NCBI RefSeq assembly: GCF_006345805.1
Contig: NC_043006.1
Span: 104,284,001-104,348,000 of the forward strand
Source of the DNA: Octopus sinensis
Lineage: Eukaryota
Reading direction: 5' to 3'
Length of the DNA stretch: 64,000 nt
A model generated the notes under the pieces. That model was not told where the DNA came from, did not search any database, and saw only the letters and a list, made by a program, of their open reading frames with translations. The position numbers and the translations under genes were made by a program. The first letter of the stretch is position 1. The number at the start of each line of letters is the position of its first letter. Shown here in pieces: positions 50,536 through 63,663 of the stretch.

Positions 50536-50880
50536 AAGGGTGATCGGGATAAATTTGACAGTTTGAATAAAAGGCAAAAAAAGACATAATATCCCATTCA
50601 AAAATGAAAATTATTTTTTAAAATCACAAATGTATAAACGAGATTATAGCAGAGAGATAACAATTTACTCAAAGAGGCCGCTCTCAGCTTCCCCCATGAC
50701 CTCAAGGCGATTTTGGAACTTGGTGCATCCGTTTCTTACTGTGATTCTGGGAAGATGGGCACCAGCTACGCCTTGGTGATGTAGGTCGAGCAATGACATA
50801 TCTTCAATGCTTCCAGCCCTAGTACTCTTCGTTAATCCAATCAGCAACTCCAAAAGGTAGGAAGTTCAAGAAAACATTCT
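50536..50880 (-). mobile_element. Tc1/mariner 3' end relic
   Basis: ORF 50665-50853 ends CTKFQNRLEVMGEAESGLFE*, then a TIR-like AAATTTATCCCGATCACCCTTTA. Confidence 0.55.
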
Positions 50881-51309
50881 CTCTTAAACATGCGTTTATA
50901 TTTATGAACTCACAACCAGGCTTTTTCGCTCAAGACAAACGATAATAAATTTGCTTACTAAATACCACTTATACTGTATGAATAATTCTGGTGTTGCTTG
51001 TATATTATAGAATGGCTAAAATGAAAATTGGTTTACCATACCGACAATCAAACTGCGTGGATCAGCAGAGCTTTAAGTGCTTGGTAGATAAGGAAGTCAA
51101 GATAAAAAATACTGGTCTCGCGACGACGGGGACTTCGTTACTCTAATTACTCACCCATTCTACAATTTCAGTATAATTTTAGACGGGGTGGGTTCAGTTC
51201 CAGTGCATGGTACCTTGGATAAATGTCTTCCACTATAGCCTCGGGCCGACCAAAGCCTTGTGAGTGGAATTTTAGACGGAAACTGAAAGAAGCCCGTCGT
51301 ATATATGCA

Positions 51310-51900
51310 AAACTGTCCTAAGTCCAAAACGTTGCTTTTTATATCTGTGATGGTCTGGGGAGCAATTTGGAGCAATGGTCGATCAGAGCTGATGGAGTGT
51401 GAGGGAAACATAACCTCAGATAAATGTGTCCATATCGCAGAAAGAACTCCTTTCCATCTTCTCCAGTGGTGAAATGATTAGAGAGACTCTATATAGGGGA
51501 GATAGGAATCCTTGTCATACAGCTAAAAAGACAAAAGATTGGTCTGAAGAGAATGGCATTAGAAAGCTTCCATGGCCAAGGCAGTCATCAGATATGCGCC
51601 CTATTGAACATCTCAGGGGTATAATGTGCAGGACACTTCGCAAAAAGAACAAGAAAGCCCCCTCAAATCCAGATTCTTTGAGATTACTTCATGAAACATG
51701 GCATGAAATTCGTTAAGAGAATATTCGTCATCTGATAGCATGCCCAATAGGGTCCTTGAACTGAAAAATGCAAAGGGAATGTCTACTAAATATTATATAT
51801 CCACATTATAAGAATTAACAAATAATTTGAATTTATAATTTCAGATTGAAATAAATTTTAATGATTATAAGGGTGTCTATTTACTTCTGTCGTGTTTGTG
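51310..51900 (+). mobile_element. Tc1-type transposase 3' relic
   Basis: Peptides [43 protein letters not shown]. Confidence 0.75.
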
Positions 51901-53049
51901 CGATCAAATCGGTTATACTTTCTACATTACACAAAATATTTTAACAATCTTTTAATACAATATTTAATTATGAAAGATAATAGGGATTTTTTGAAAATAT
52001 CGAATGACTATGTAGATGTAGTTGACTAAAATAAGAATGAATGAGGGTCCATTGTGAAAAAGTGTTTGAGAGCCGCTGGTCTATATCATCGACCCCAGCA
52101 CTTTCCTGGGCTTGTTTTAACGACTCCGAAAGAGTACGAGGCCAAGTTTGTCTGGGCTGGAATTGAAACTAGAAGGTAAAGCACTGAAATGAAGTCCGGC
52201 ATTTTGTTCGGGCATATGCTATTCTAAGATAGACAAAAATATTTTAAAGAAATTAAAAAAAAAAACACATATTGTACCGAGTTTCTACAAAATATTAACG
52301 AACCCTCCAAACCCTTATCGCTCCCCTAGTACTCCCTTGATATCTCTTTGCGGTCCCGTGTGAACAAGGACTTCAGGTGGATATTTTCCACTTTGGTTTC
52401 AGGATCATTACTCTATATGGTCACACGGAATGTCTAAATTCCCCCAAAAGAACATCATACTACTTTATAACAGGAAGCACATAACCAGAAATCTACAACA
52501 AAAGCAGCTAGCCATGAACATTACCAAGAGAGTCCCTACGTAATTTATCGATATGCTAGAAACAGCAGCCAAAAATCTCTCAAGTCATCCACATTGGCTT
52601 TAAGAAACGAAGATCACACTGATTAACATAATTCTAAATAATAGAGGAGATATACGTCTTAGTTGTCTTTAGCTACTGATCTGCTTATTCAAAACTGACC
52701 TAAAGATAAGAGACAATAACAACAATATCAACAACAATAACGACAACTACGACCAGTGTATGGTTTAAAAAAGGAAAAAAAGATGTGGCGAGTTATGACG
52801 TGAATAGAGTTTAATGTTTAAATATGGAAAATTCTGAGATAAATTTTTTTTATTGGAATTAAGCATCAGCAGAATATTAAATATTCAGGTTTATCTCTTC
52901 CATATTACATACATGCACCCACCCACCCATCCCCACACACACACATGTATATATATATATATATATGTATGTATATATGTATGTATGTATGTAATGTATG
53001 TATTGTGTGTGTGTGTATGCATGTATACATCTGTATGTATATATGTGTG

Positions 53050-53104
<55 letters not shown>

Positions 53105-53648
53105 ATATATATATATATATACATGTATATGTGTATATGCAAGTATATATATATACATGTATATGTGTATATGCAAATATATATATATATATGCATGTGT
53201 GTGCGTGTGTGTGTGTGTGTACGTGTGTGCTGAAACAGACATTTGGGGAAACGTCTTACAAAATATACAGGTTATGAAATTGATATTAATATGCAGACAC
53301 TGAAATCTGTATGTCTTAAAGTGAGAATTTGATAAATAGATATAATCGCAATTAAACAGACAATCCATTAATATTTAATGTTTCCAGAAGCCAGATATAT
53401 TTTAGAAGGAAATACAAAATATGTGGGAAAAGAAAAATCAGTATTCTCGGAAAAGAAAAAGTAGAATAGGATAGTCTTAAATTTTTATTGAACGTGAATG
53501 CAAATACAAAAAACACAAAACAGGAAACACCGTGTTTTGTAATGAGTTTTTTTTAAGGATAGCCAAGGGAGGGAAGTGGTGACTATAAATTTTACCATTC
53601 CTTTCAAAGCAGTGAGATTGCTATAACTGATAATCTAATTGAATTAAA

Positions 53649-54182
53649 TGGCACACCGTCGGTTACGACTACGAGTTTTTCAATTGATCCGATCAACGGA
53701 ACAGCGTGCTCGTAAAATTTACGTGCATGTGGTTGAGCACTCCACAATTACGCGTACCTATTACTTTACTACCCATATGGGGCTAAACACAGAGGGGACA
53801 AACAAGGATAGACAAACGGATTAAGTCGATTATATCGACCCCAGTGCGTAACTGGTATTTATTTAATCGACCTCGAAAGGTTGAAAAGCAAAGTCGACCT
53901 CGGCGGAATTTGAACTCAGACGAAATACGGCTACGCATTTCACCCAGTGTGCTAATGATTCTGCCAGCTCGCCGCCACAAATACGCGTCCCCTTAACGTA
54001 GTTCGCAAGGAGATTCAGCATAACACAGAGTGTGACAAGGCTGGCCCACTGGAATACAGATACTACTCAGTTTTGCTAGCTGAATGGTTTGGGACAACAT
54101 AAAATAAAATGTCTTGCTCAAGGGCACAACGACCTTGTGATCATGGGCCGAGTGCCCTAACCACTGTACCCTGCGCCTTCAC
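53649..54182 (-). mobile_element. SINE: D head + E tail, with a nested SINE-A (53760-53978)
   Basis: The E tail is split by the SINE-A, flanked by ACAATTACGCGTACC / ACAAATACGCGTCCC. Confidence 0.75.
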
Positions 54183-55398
54183 TAACTGGCACCCAGATTG
54201 ATTATGTGCAGTTCAATCTACGAAGACGTGCTGAAAAGTTCCCGGTTTTAAGGGTCTCGTGAAAGGTTTGGTTGGAGGCCCAACCTCACGAGTTCTTTTA
54301 TAGGCCTTAGAGACAAATGATCACTGATCGCGCAGCTCCAAAGGTCAAAGGCTTTCTATTCATGACCATCTTGACTTGTGGAGGCGCGTGGTTTAGTGGT
54401 TAGCGTGTTGGACTCATGATCGTAAGATTGTGGTTTCGATTCCTGGAATGAGTGACGCGTTGTGCTCTCGAGCAAAATACTTCATTTAACGTTGCTACAC
54501 TCCACTCAGCTGCCCAAAATGAGTAAACCTGCGATGGATTGGCGTCCCATCCAGGTGGGGAATATATACGCCATGGAAACCGGCAAACCGGAGCTCAGCC
54601 CCCGGTAATTAACTGGTATTTATTTTATTGAACCAGAAAAGGTTAGAGGCAAAGTTGGCCTCGTCGGAATTTGATCTCGGAACGTAAAGGCGGACGACAT
54701 TCGGCTGAGCGTTTTCAGCTCGCTGCTCTGATGTAATTTATAATAAAAGTTATAATACATTATCAAAATATAATGATACGAGCAAAACGCCCCCCGTCTA
54801 TTGGACGGTGCTGAGTTGCCAACCATTTAAACCAAGTTTTCTCGAAGCAACTTGTCCGACCGTCCCATAGGCCTTCCCTTTGAGAAACACTGATTTAACC
54901 TAAATTTGAGACACCAGCAAAAGAAGAAATAAAGATAGACTTTTTTTCTATTCCAAGAAAAATGATTTTATTCGCACAAATATGCAACCGAAGAGTTTAA
55001 AGTACCAGTAATCGATCGCATTCTCACCAGGAATCGATTTTTGTAATTTTTTCAAGACTTATACACACTCTGATACCGTCGGTATCTATGTATCAAATTT
55101 AAACGCAAAAGGATGGAGGATGCCCGAGATCCTAGAGGACACACACACAGACAGAACGGATTTTATATAATAGATGTGTATATATAGGACTATATAATGT
55201 AACATTACATATGAACTAAACAGATGTATATAGCAGTAACTCACAAACCACTTTTAAAATATTCTTTCTAAATTTAAAAACGGTGTCTAAGTGAAAGTGT
55301 TATTAAATAAGTTTTGGCTCAATGATAATTGCGTTCGATACTCTCATAAGAAGGGATATAACTACATACATACATGCATACACTCATATACACATACA

Positions 55399-55429
<31 letters not shown>

Positions 55430-55829
55430 GTATGTGTATATGTATTATATATTTTACAAACAGATATTCAAGAAAATTCTAGAAATAAAAATATAGGTAA
55501 GATAAATAATCTAGAATAAATAACATCGAATAATCGAAAAGCAGTACTCAGGGAAATTAGACAATGTGAATCTCGATAGATATTCAATAATAGATATCGG
55601 AAAACAAACCTCCAGCCACATAACTACACACCTTAATTGACGATAAATCGGATCAATTCTAAGTAAGATAATTACTTCTAAACAATTTTTGTAAATCTTA
55701 AATAAGTAGTATATATATGTCCATATACATAAGATATGCAAGCACACACACACACATATATATATGTATATAATGTATATATGTATATATGTCTGTGGAA
55801 GTATATATGCATTCGTGTATATATATATA

Positions 55830-55862
<33 letters not shown>

Positions 55863-55868
55863 CTATAT

Positions 55869-55901
<33 letters not shown>

Positions 55902-55936
55902 GTATATATGTCTAAGTATGTGAGTGTAGATATATA

Positions 55937-55989
<53 letters not shown>

Positions 55990-56535
55990 GTATATATGGG
56001 TCTAGAGAGATATATATGTCGATTAATTACCGATTGAAACAGACGGCATTATTCACCATTCACCGAAATGTATTCGCTCCAAGGTTGTGTAATTAAGCGT
56101 TGCAATTAATTTATAATACGGTTGACCAGATCACTCTAAATTAAACCCATACATTACGTTCTCAGTATATAATAAATAGACATTTAATATTAGCAATATA
56201 CTTAAATACCGATTAATACTGACAAGAAGAAACATTACTTTAATAAAATTGTAAAGCAACTCACGAAAAACTAAGTTCGCTTTCGTCTTATCTTGTCAAC
56301 GTAGAGTTCATCGCCATCGTGATTTTTGTAATCGAATCTATAGCAAGAAAATAGTTCCTAGTAAAAGTTCGCGAAGCTGTGTAGTAAGAAGTTTTATTCC
56401 TAACCACAAGGTTTCTGACTCAGCCCCACTACGTGGTACCTTTGGCAGGAGTCTTTTATTATAGCCCCGGACTGACTAATGCCTTGTGTGCGGAATAGGC
56501 AAATGGAAAATGAAGGAAACCCTTTTTAAATATAT

Positions 56536-56760
56536 ATGTATTTCTTTACTACCCACAAAGGGCTAAACACAGAGGGGACAGACAAAGGGATTAAGTCGAT
56601 TACATCGACTCCAGTGCGTAACTGGTACTTAATTTATCGACCCCGAAAGGATGAAAGGCAAAGTGGAACTCGGCGGAATTTGAACTCGGAACGCAACGAC
56701 AGACGAAATACGGCTACGAATTTCGCCCGGCGTGCTAATGTTTCTACCAGCTCGCCGCCT
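56536..56760 (-). mobile_element. SINE family A
   Basis: Full head, core and tail type 1. Confidence 0.85.
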
Positions 56761-56811
56761 TTTTAAATATATATGAGAGTGTGTGTGTGTGTGTACGTGC
56801 GTGTGTGTGTG

Positions 56812-56844
<33 letters not shown>

Positions 56845-57619
56845 TGTGTGTGTGTGTATGCGTGTATGTGTGTGTGCATGCGTGTTAAACCTTGTGTTTG
56901 TCTTCCACAACCGCTGTTGTTTTGTCTTGCATTTCCGTAACTTAGACATTTGGCAAAAGACAAGGATAAAATAAGAGTCAGGCTTTGAAACCATCATACT
57001 TGTGTTGATTCATTTGACTATCCCAACAACCTTTCAATGTGGTGCTCTAGCATGGCCACAGTCAAATGAGCTAGCAGCATCTTTGGCCTCAAGAAAATAC
57101 TTTGCGATTTTACTTCCGGCTGCTTATATGCTGAACTCAAATCAAGTCTTGGTCATCTTTGCTTTCATCTTTTGGGAGTTGATAAAACAAAATCTCGATC
57201 AAGTTCTGGTGTTGATGATATCGACGAATCACCTAAAAATTGCTGACATGAACAAGAATCAGTTATTAATACACAATATTAATTCGGCTTAATGAGCAAA
57301 GTAAGTCAGAATCAAACTAAGTTCTTTCAAACGCATTCATATTGAATCGGCATGTATCGTTACTGCTAAAATTAATGCTTTGGGTGTCCGGGTAACATTT
57401 GACGATGTTTCTAATGGTCTTCTTTATTCAGGAACAACTCGATGTATTGAGGAATAGTTAACGGCGTTGGAGAGCATAAAGATTACAGTTGAACTTGAGG
57501 AAAAGTTACCTGACATGGGGACAGGAAGCCATCGGAATATTGGGCAAGAGTTACCTGTATTATGATGATTCGCACTAGATATCATAATACCGACATCATG
57601 ACACCATGAAACCTAGTTC

Positions 57620-58120
57620 CTCGAAACTGTAATTGTCTTTGGGCGTGTCCCCAGTGAGGGACATCTTGCAACCCCACATCTTTGAACATGATCTAAGGCT
57701 CAATTCATGCAGTTATGTGAAGCTGCTGGAGTTTATGATCAAACCCAGACTGCAGAGAGACGTTGCTGACAAGTCATATATATTGCAGCAGGACTTGGCT
57801 CCTCGCCACACTTCTGGAAAGTATCAGAAATGGTTGTCTTCACCAGCTCCAATTCCTGGTCTCTTAGTTCCCAAGTTTTAGTCTATGTTTGGGGTGTGGT
57901 TGAGAAAAAACACCAACCGCTCTTTCTGCATCGCCAAGGACTAGCTGGAGGCCAAGAAGACCAAGGAAGCGTTCGAAGATCTTCCCAGGGATACAGTGAG
58001 GAACACAGTTGAGACCGTCGTGGAAGCTGAAGGCGACCACTCTGAGCAAACTGTTAACACCTGGGGATAATCCAATTGATTCTTTTTGATTTTTAAAAAG
58101 TTTGGACGGGGCATTGCGTT
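57620..58120 (+). mobile_element. Tc1/mariner transposase relic (DD37D/maT-like)
   Basis: Peptides LRLNSCSYVKLLE, YILQQDLAPRHTS, YVWGVVEK, TVVEAEG. Confidence 0.7.
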
Positions 58121-58778
58121 TTATTTTCCTTTTATTCAAACTGACAAATATAGTCCAAACACCTTGTATAGTTCAAACACCTTGTTAAAGAGTGAAGGCT
58201 ACAGCTTTTTCAACAAAGTACCAAAAGTTTTGGAAAGGACGACTATTTTTCAAAGAGAATTTCTTAGGCGACATACGTGTATATATATATATATATGTCG
58301 TAATCTTTGCAAACGCTATAATACCAAGCATGGACGGGTGCTATTTTAGATCATATATAAGCTAGAGGGCGTAATTGGATGCATTGAAAACTATCCGAAA
58401 ATATCAAAGTTAATATTTTTATACTTCAATTTTATTAGTTGTAATTAAAGTAAATTGAATTAGAAAGTGAAAACACTAATTAGTAAATAATTAGGTTTCT
58501 ATTAATAAGATTAATGTTATAAACTAAACGTAGTATCCATTACTTTACCACGAGTTAATATTATATATAAATTATAACTTAGTCGAGCAATTCCAATACG
58601 AGTAATATTAGAATTCTTTTCGTGCCAAAGCGATAAAATTGCTTGTGTGACCTGCAGTTAACATAGGAAGATATGAAAATAAAAATAAATTAAAACTAAC
58701 TAGTTCTGGGTTATCGCAAAAAATGCAGATGATAAATATAATGTATTTAAATGAAAGCTAATTAAAAAGGACTTATAT

Positions 58779-58845
<67 letters not shown>

Positions 58846-58927
58846 GATATATATATATATATATATATATATACGTTTAAATATTTGTTGTGCAAGATTT
58901 TTTATGTGAAGTCGTGTGTTGAAACAG

Positions 58928-59155
58928 ATATTGTTATATTTCGGAATGGTCATATTGCCAGTTTAGCCAATAAAAACACACGCACTATATATTTGGTGAT
59001 ATTTTGCTTCAGTGATATTTATTTTTTACATTAATCTTAATCTTAAGATTAATGTAAAAAATAAATATCACTGAAGCAAAATAACACCAAATATATAGTG
59101 CGTGTGTTTTTATTGGCTAAACTGGCAATATGACCATTCCGAAATATAACAATAT
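58928..59155. repeat. Near-perfect palindrome: 113-bp arms, 2-nt spacer
   Basis: 58928-59040 is the reverse complement of 59043-59155 with one mismatch found. Confidence 0.95.
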
Positions 59156-59302
59156 ATATATATATATGTGTGTGTATATATATATATATATCTATATATA
59201 TATATATATATAATATATATATATATACATACATATATATATATGCACACACACACGCATACACACACACACACACCAAACACACACACACACAGACACA
59301 CA

Positions 59303-59348
<46 letters not shown>

Positions 59349-59446
59349 AAGTTAATCCAACATGAAATCACAAAGAGAAAACACAACGCGAGGATGTGGA
59401 AGAAGTATAGTGTTAATGGACGCTCAGGAGGAAAGAAAGAAGGAAG

Positions 59447-59480
59447 ATTTAACGTTCGAGTGGAGCCCTTCGTTAGAAAT
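59447..59480 (-). ncRNA. Decayed minimal hammerhead motif
   Basis: ATTT-CTAACGA-A-GGGC-TCC-ACTC-GAA-CGT-T-AAAT. Two core deviations (CTGA to CTAA, GAAA to GAA); helix I is ATTT/AAAT. Confidence 0.4.
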
Positions 59481-59949
59481 ATAGAAAAAGGAAAGGTCCA
59501 AGGAAGGGAAGACGGAGAAAGAAAATCTCCAACGATATACACGCGGTAACACACACACACACACACACTCACACAAATATACACAAACACATGTAGAATG
59601 ACTGTATACAGTAGATGCGTTTTTAATTTCTTCGCCTTTTCTCAGTAAAGTTTAGGTGACAATATATATTTCTATGTTGTTTTCACTTATATCTTCATCG
59701 CGGAACCTTGCTTGCGTTTCTGTATTGCGAATCGGCACCTATACCAGAAATTTTGATAAAGTTTGTAGTAAAGATGATAAAAGTAGCAATAGTAGCAGTG
59801 TTAGTAAAACAAATATTAACAAGAGCACTCAGAGAGCGCAAACCTATGCCAAGGTTACACCGACGTCCTCGCAACGATTAGCCAGAGATGGTTTTTAAAA
59901 TTTAGAATATCGGAAAGAAACTCGATTGCTCTCACAAATGAGAATACTA

Positions 59950-60197
59950 ATAATGAACTCGACCGCTCTCAAAAATTAAGTAAAAAAAGAAAACACGAAA
60001 AATAATCCAGAATCTTTGTCCGGTACCGGATTGATCCCAAAATCTAATCAGTTCGTGCCAATTACGAGGCCAAACGTCTCTGAAAGATTCATCCGAATCC
60101 ATCCAATGGTTCTTGAGATTCCTTGTCTACGGATTAACAAACAAATAAACATGACTGAAATACAATACCTCCGTCTTCGCTAAGGCGGAAGTAATAA
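59950..60197 (+). mobile_element. Helentron-type non-autonomous element (putative)
   Basis: Ends in the terminal hairpin ATACCTCCGTCTTCGCTAAGGCGGAAGTAAT after a CAAA microsatellite. Class is inferred from architecture only. Confidence 0.45.
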
Positions 60198-60199
60198 TG

Positions 60200-60585
60200 A
60201 TTTCAAATTTTGGCAGCATTTTCACGGGGGAGGGGGTCAGTCGATTACATCGACCTCAGTGCTCAGCTGGTACTTATTTTATCGACCCTGAAAGGATGAA
60301 AGGCAAAGTCGACCCTGGCGGTATTTGAACTTAGAACGTAACGACGGACGAAATACCTATTTCTTTACTACCCACAAGGGGCTAAACACAGAGGGGATAA
60401 ACAAGGACAGACAAATGGATTAAGTCGATTATATCGACCCCAGTCCGTAACTGGTACTTATTTAATCGACCCCGAAAGGATGAAAGGCAAAGTCGACCAT
60501 GGCGGTATTTGAACTCAGAACGTAAAAACGGACGAACTACCGCTAAGCATTTCGCCCAGCGTGCTAACGTTTCTGCCAGCTCGCA
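60200..60585 (-). mobile_element. Two tandem or nested SINE-A copies
   Basis: Core repeated at about 60290 and 60475. Confidence 0.85.
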
Positions 60586-61133
60586 GAGATGGCGAGGGCT
60601 GGCGAGGAGTGGGGATTCAGTTGTATATTTCATATACGCCTTATTGTGTTGATCTGGAGGAAGCGTCTAAGGAGTTCCTGGTGTTGGTGGGTGAATGTTG
60701 TAATTAGGTTTAAGATAAAAATATTAATGGTCGAGACAGTGATGGCTAAACCGGCAAACCCACTAAGTGTGCTTGGTGAGAAGGGTTTATAGTTGGACAC
60801 CCTGCGGGAAGAAAAATCAGATTCGTCAAAGGGTAGATGAATTCCTGAGAATCAACGTCCATCCAACATGGTGTATATGAGGGAAGATGTGGACTAACTG
60901 AGCCGTAGTTAGCAACCCACCTAATGAGGTCATCACGATCAAAATACTGGTGATGGCACAACCTTATAAGTGCTACATAAAATGATTGAAGATGTCATTG
61001 TCAAGTAATAATAATAATTGGGTTAAGGGGACCGGAACGGCTAACAGTGAAGGTGTCGCGCACGGCAAGCAACGAGTTTGTGATCAAGCTCCGAAAGGGT
61101 CATCATCTAGGATTATTATTATTATTATTATCA

Positions 61134-61139
<6 letters not shown>

Positions 61140-61176
<37 letters not shown>

Positions 61177-61660
61177 CATTATTATTGAGTGAGAGAGCAG
61201 TGCATGCCATCAAAGTGACTCTGGGGTACAAATTTACGAAACCCAATATATCCATCATGACTACTCGTCTAATAAGAGTATATCAAGCACATGCCTCACA
61301 TCCATATGTGCGTAACATGGTGATTTCATATCAAGAGAAACTGCGCATGACCTTGCAGGGGTGGGGAGCAGTTAAAATTTTCTTCAGGTCAAATAGCACC
61401 TCTCGCTCGAAAGGTCCCTGAATAAGGTTTGTTTAAGGATGATGAATGAAATATCCACGCTTCCAGAAATGAGTTATTCAAACCCCAAAGAATTCCTCTT
61501 AACGCATGGTTATGATGCTCCCCACTACTTATGATGCTCTCCGACGACTTATTGACTTGGACCTGTTTAAAGTCAAACAACTGAAAATTTGTGGTACTGA
61601 GCAGATTATCTGCTGTAGCCCACATTTTATACCAAGACAAAACATGCACATAACACCCCC
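61140..61660 (-). mobile_element. Probable further RLE-LINE-related 3' end with (TAA)n tail
   Basis: Unique ~460-bp segment terminating on the minus strand in a long (TAA)n run at 61092-61186, next to the R4/Dong fragment. Protein similarity is weak. Confidence 0.4.
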
Positions 61661-61671
61661 AATCAGGTAAT

Positions 61672-62790
61672 CATTATTATTATTTCTCTTTCTCACAGGT
61701 TTTGTTGGGGCTCCTCGAATTTTTCCATGAGTTGCGGACTTAGTACCTGCAGCCTACGATACTATGTTATCCGTTCTTTTCAGCTATCTAATACTTTCCT
61801 GGTTATTCTGGCCGTGCCAAAAAGGCAAACCTTTTGTAATAGTTCTACTGGGTATTCTTCCAATTTCCTTTATGATCCCGCTGATGCCTGCAGATACAGT
61901 TCCCAAGGGCCCAACAATAATTGGCGCTAATTTCACCTTCATTTTCCATATTCTGACTATGTCGTACTAGAGAGGGTTGTATTTATCTATCTTTTCGCCT
62001 TCCTTCTTGACTATTTGTGGATCAAAGGGGTATGCAATATCAACTATGTTGCATATGTGGTGCACCTTGTCCACCACCACTAGATCCGGTCTGCTATGCT
62101 CTAGCACCTGATCTGTCTGGACTGGGATATCTCAGAGAATATTGCTAGTCCGCCACTCTCTGCGGTTTGAATTCATATCACGTCTTACCACTCTCTAATT
62201 CCCACTTTTCGCACAGCTTCCAATGTACCACTTCCGCTACTTGATCCTGTCACCACAACTTGTAGTGAATTCGGGCAAGTCTAGGGCATTCGTTCGTGAT
62301 ATGGGCAATAGTTACATCCCCTCTATAGCAGATGCGGTACAGCGAAGACTCTCCTTTCCAAGGTTGACCCTCCAGTTCGTCGCTTGGTCTTGCGCTTGCA
62401 GTATAGGGATCTCAGTCTCCTTTTTTAGTGTTCCTTTCATCAGCCAATCCTACCTATTTTCTCCAGCATCTTCTGTTGTGGCTATATGCAATTGATTGTG
62501 CTGTCCCTTGTTGCGTAATTCTGTCACTAGCAAGGTTTCCTTACTTTGACTTAGGTATCTCATTAAGCTCTCGAGTTCGATACGCACGCAGTCTTCCACA
62601 TTAATCAGTCCTCTTCCTCCATTTACTCTCTTCATGTATAGGCAATTAGTTCCTACACGTGCATGATGGGCCCCGTGCATCTTTAGGAGCTTTCTTCACT
62701 TCCTGTTTATCTACGCTAACTCTTCTGTCCACTTCAGGACTCCAGCGCCAAACCGAGCTACTGCGACTGCGCGCGAGTTTATTGCCGAAA
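61672..62790 (-). mobile_element. R4/Dong-type non-LTR retrotransposon fragment (RT C-terminus + restriction-like endonuclease), degraded
   Basis: Peptides LYMKRVNGGRGLINVEDC, WLMKGTLKKETE, QTDQVLEHSRPDLVVVDK, DIAYPFD, PIIVGPLGTV. 3' end abuts TAATAATAA. Confidence 0.8.
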
Positions 62791-63052
62791 TTATGTTTCT
62801 GGCATTTTCCTTCTTCTTCTTCTTCTTCTTCTTCTTCTTCTTCTTCTTCTTCTTCTTCTCTTCTTCTTCTTCTTCTATTCCCCCTCCTCCCCCTCCCCTC
62901 CTTCATCCTCTTCTTCTTCTTCTTCTTCTTCTTCTTCTCCTCCTCCCCCTTCATCATCTCCTCCTCCTCCTCCTCCTCCTCCTCCTTCTTCTTCTTCTTC
63001 TTCTTCTTCTTCTTCTTCTTCTTCTACTTCTTCTTCTTCTTCTTCTTCTTCA
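62788..63052 (+). repeat. (CTT)n/(CCT)n polypyrimidine tract
   Basis: Direct inspection. Confidence 0.95.
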
Positions 63053-63057
63053 TGTTA

Positions 63058-63255
63058 AGGCAGTGAGCTGGCAGAATCCTTAGCATGCCTGGCGAAATGC
63101 TTATCGGTATTTCGTCTGCCGTTACGTTCTGAGACTTTTCCTTTCGTCATTTCGGGAACGATAAATTAAGTACCAGTTGCGTACCTGGGGTCGGTATAAT
63201 CGACTTAACCCCCTTCCCCCAAATTTGAGGCCTTGTGCTTCCAGTAGAAAGGATT
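63058..63255 (+). mobile_element. SINE family A (tail type 2) ending in (TTA)n
   Basis: Head GGCAGTGAGCTGGCAGAATC; tail GGCCTTGTGCTTCCAGTAGAAAGGATTATT. Other degenerate A copies lie near 770-985, 6770-6910, 11980-12170, 34225-34330, 42830-42950, 43570-43700, 44205-44410, 45118-45230, 46270-46410, 52090-52210, 54610-54725 and 57080-57240. Confidence 0.8.
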
Positions 63256-63378
63256 ATTATTATTATTATTATTATTACTATTATTATAATAATAATAATT
63301 ATTATTATTATTATTCTTATTTTTATTATTATTATATTATTATTATATTATTATTATTATTATTATTTTATATTATTA

Positions 63379-63422
<44 letters not shown>
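63253..63422 (+). repeat. (TTA)n array (others at 1-60 and 61092-61186)
   Basis: Direct inspection. Confidence 0.95.
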
Positions 63423-63426
<4 letters not shown>

Positions 63427-63663
63427 AACAATAGTAGTATTTCATCTTTATGGAATACTGCTATCCAAACTCCTACTTTATTTCATTCAACACTGTACAA
63501 TAATAAATATCCTTAAATTGTCTTCATTTGATAGTCAGTTTCACTTATTCATATGTTGAATTATTCTTAATTGTCTTTAACGTTTGCCATTTTCATCTAA
63601 CAGGACAACACCTATGCACTTGTTTCAAATTTACACACACACACTCACACACACACACATATG

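Noticed and set aside
60746-60961. Minus ORF CHHQYFDRDDLIRWVANYGSVSP, faintly U-box-like
   Set aside because: Only a short motif resemblance, no convincing splice sites, and surrounded by retroelement debris. An HMMER search would settle it.
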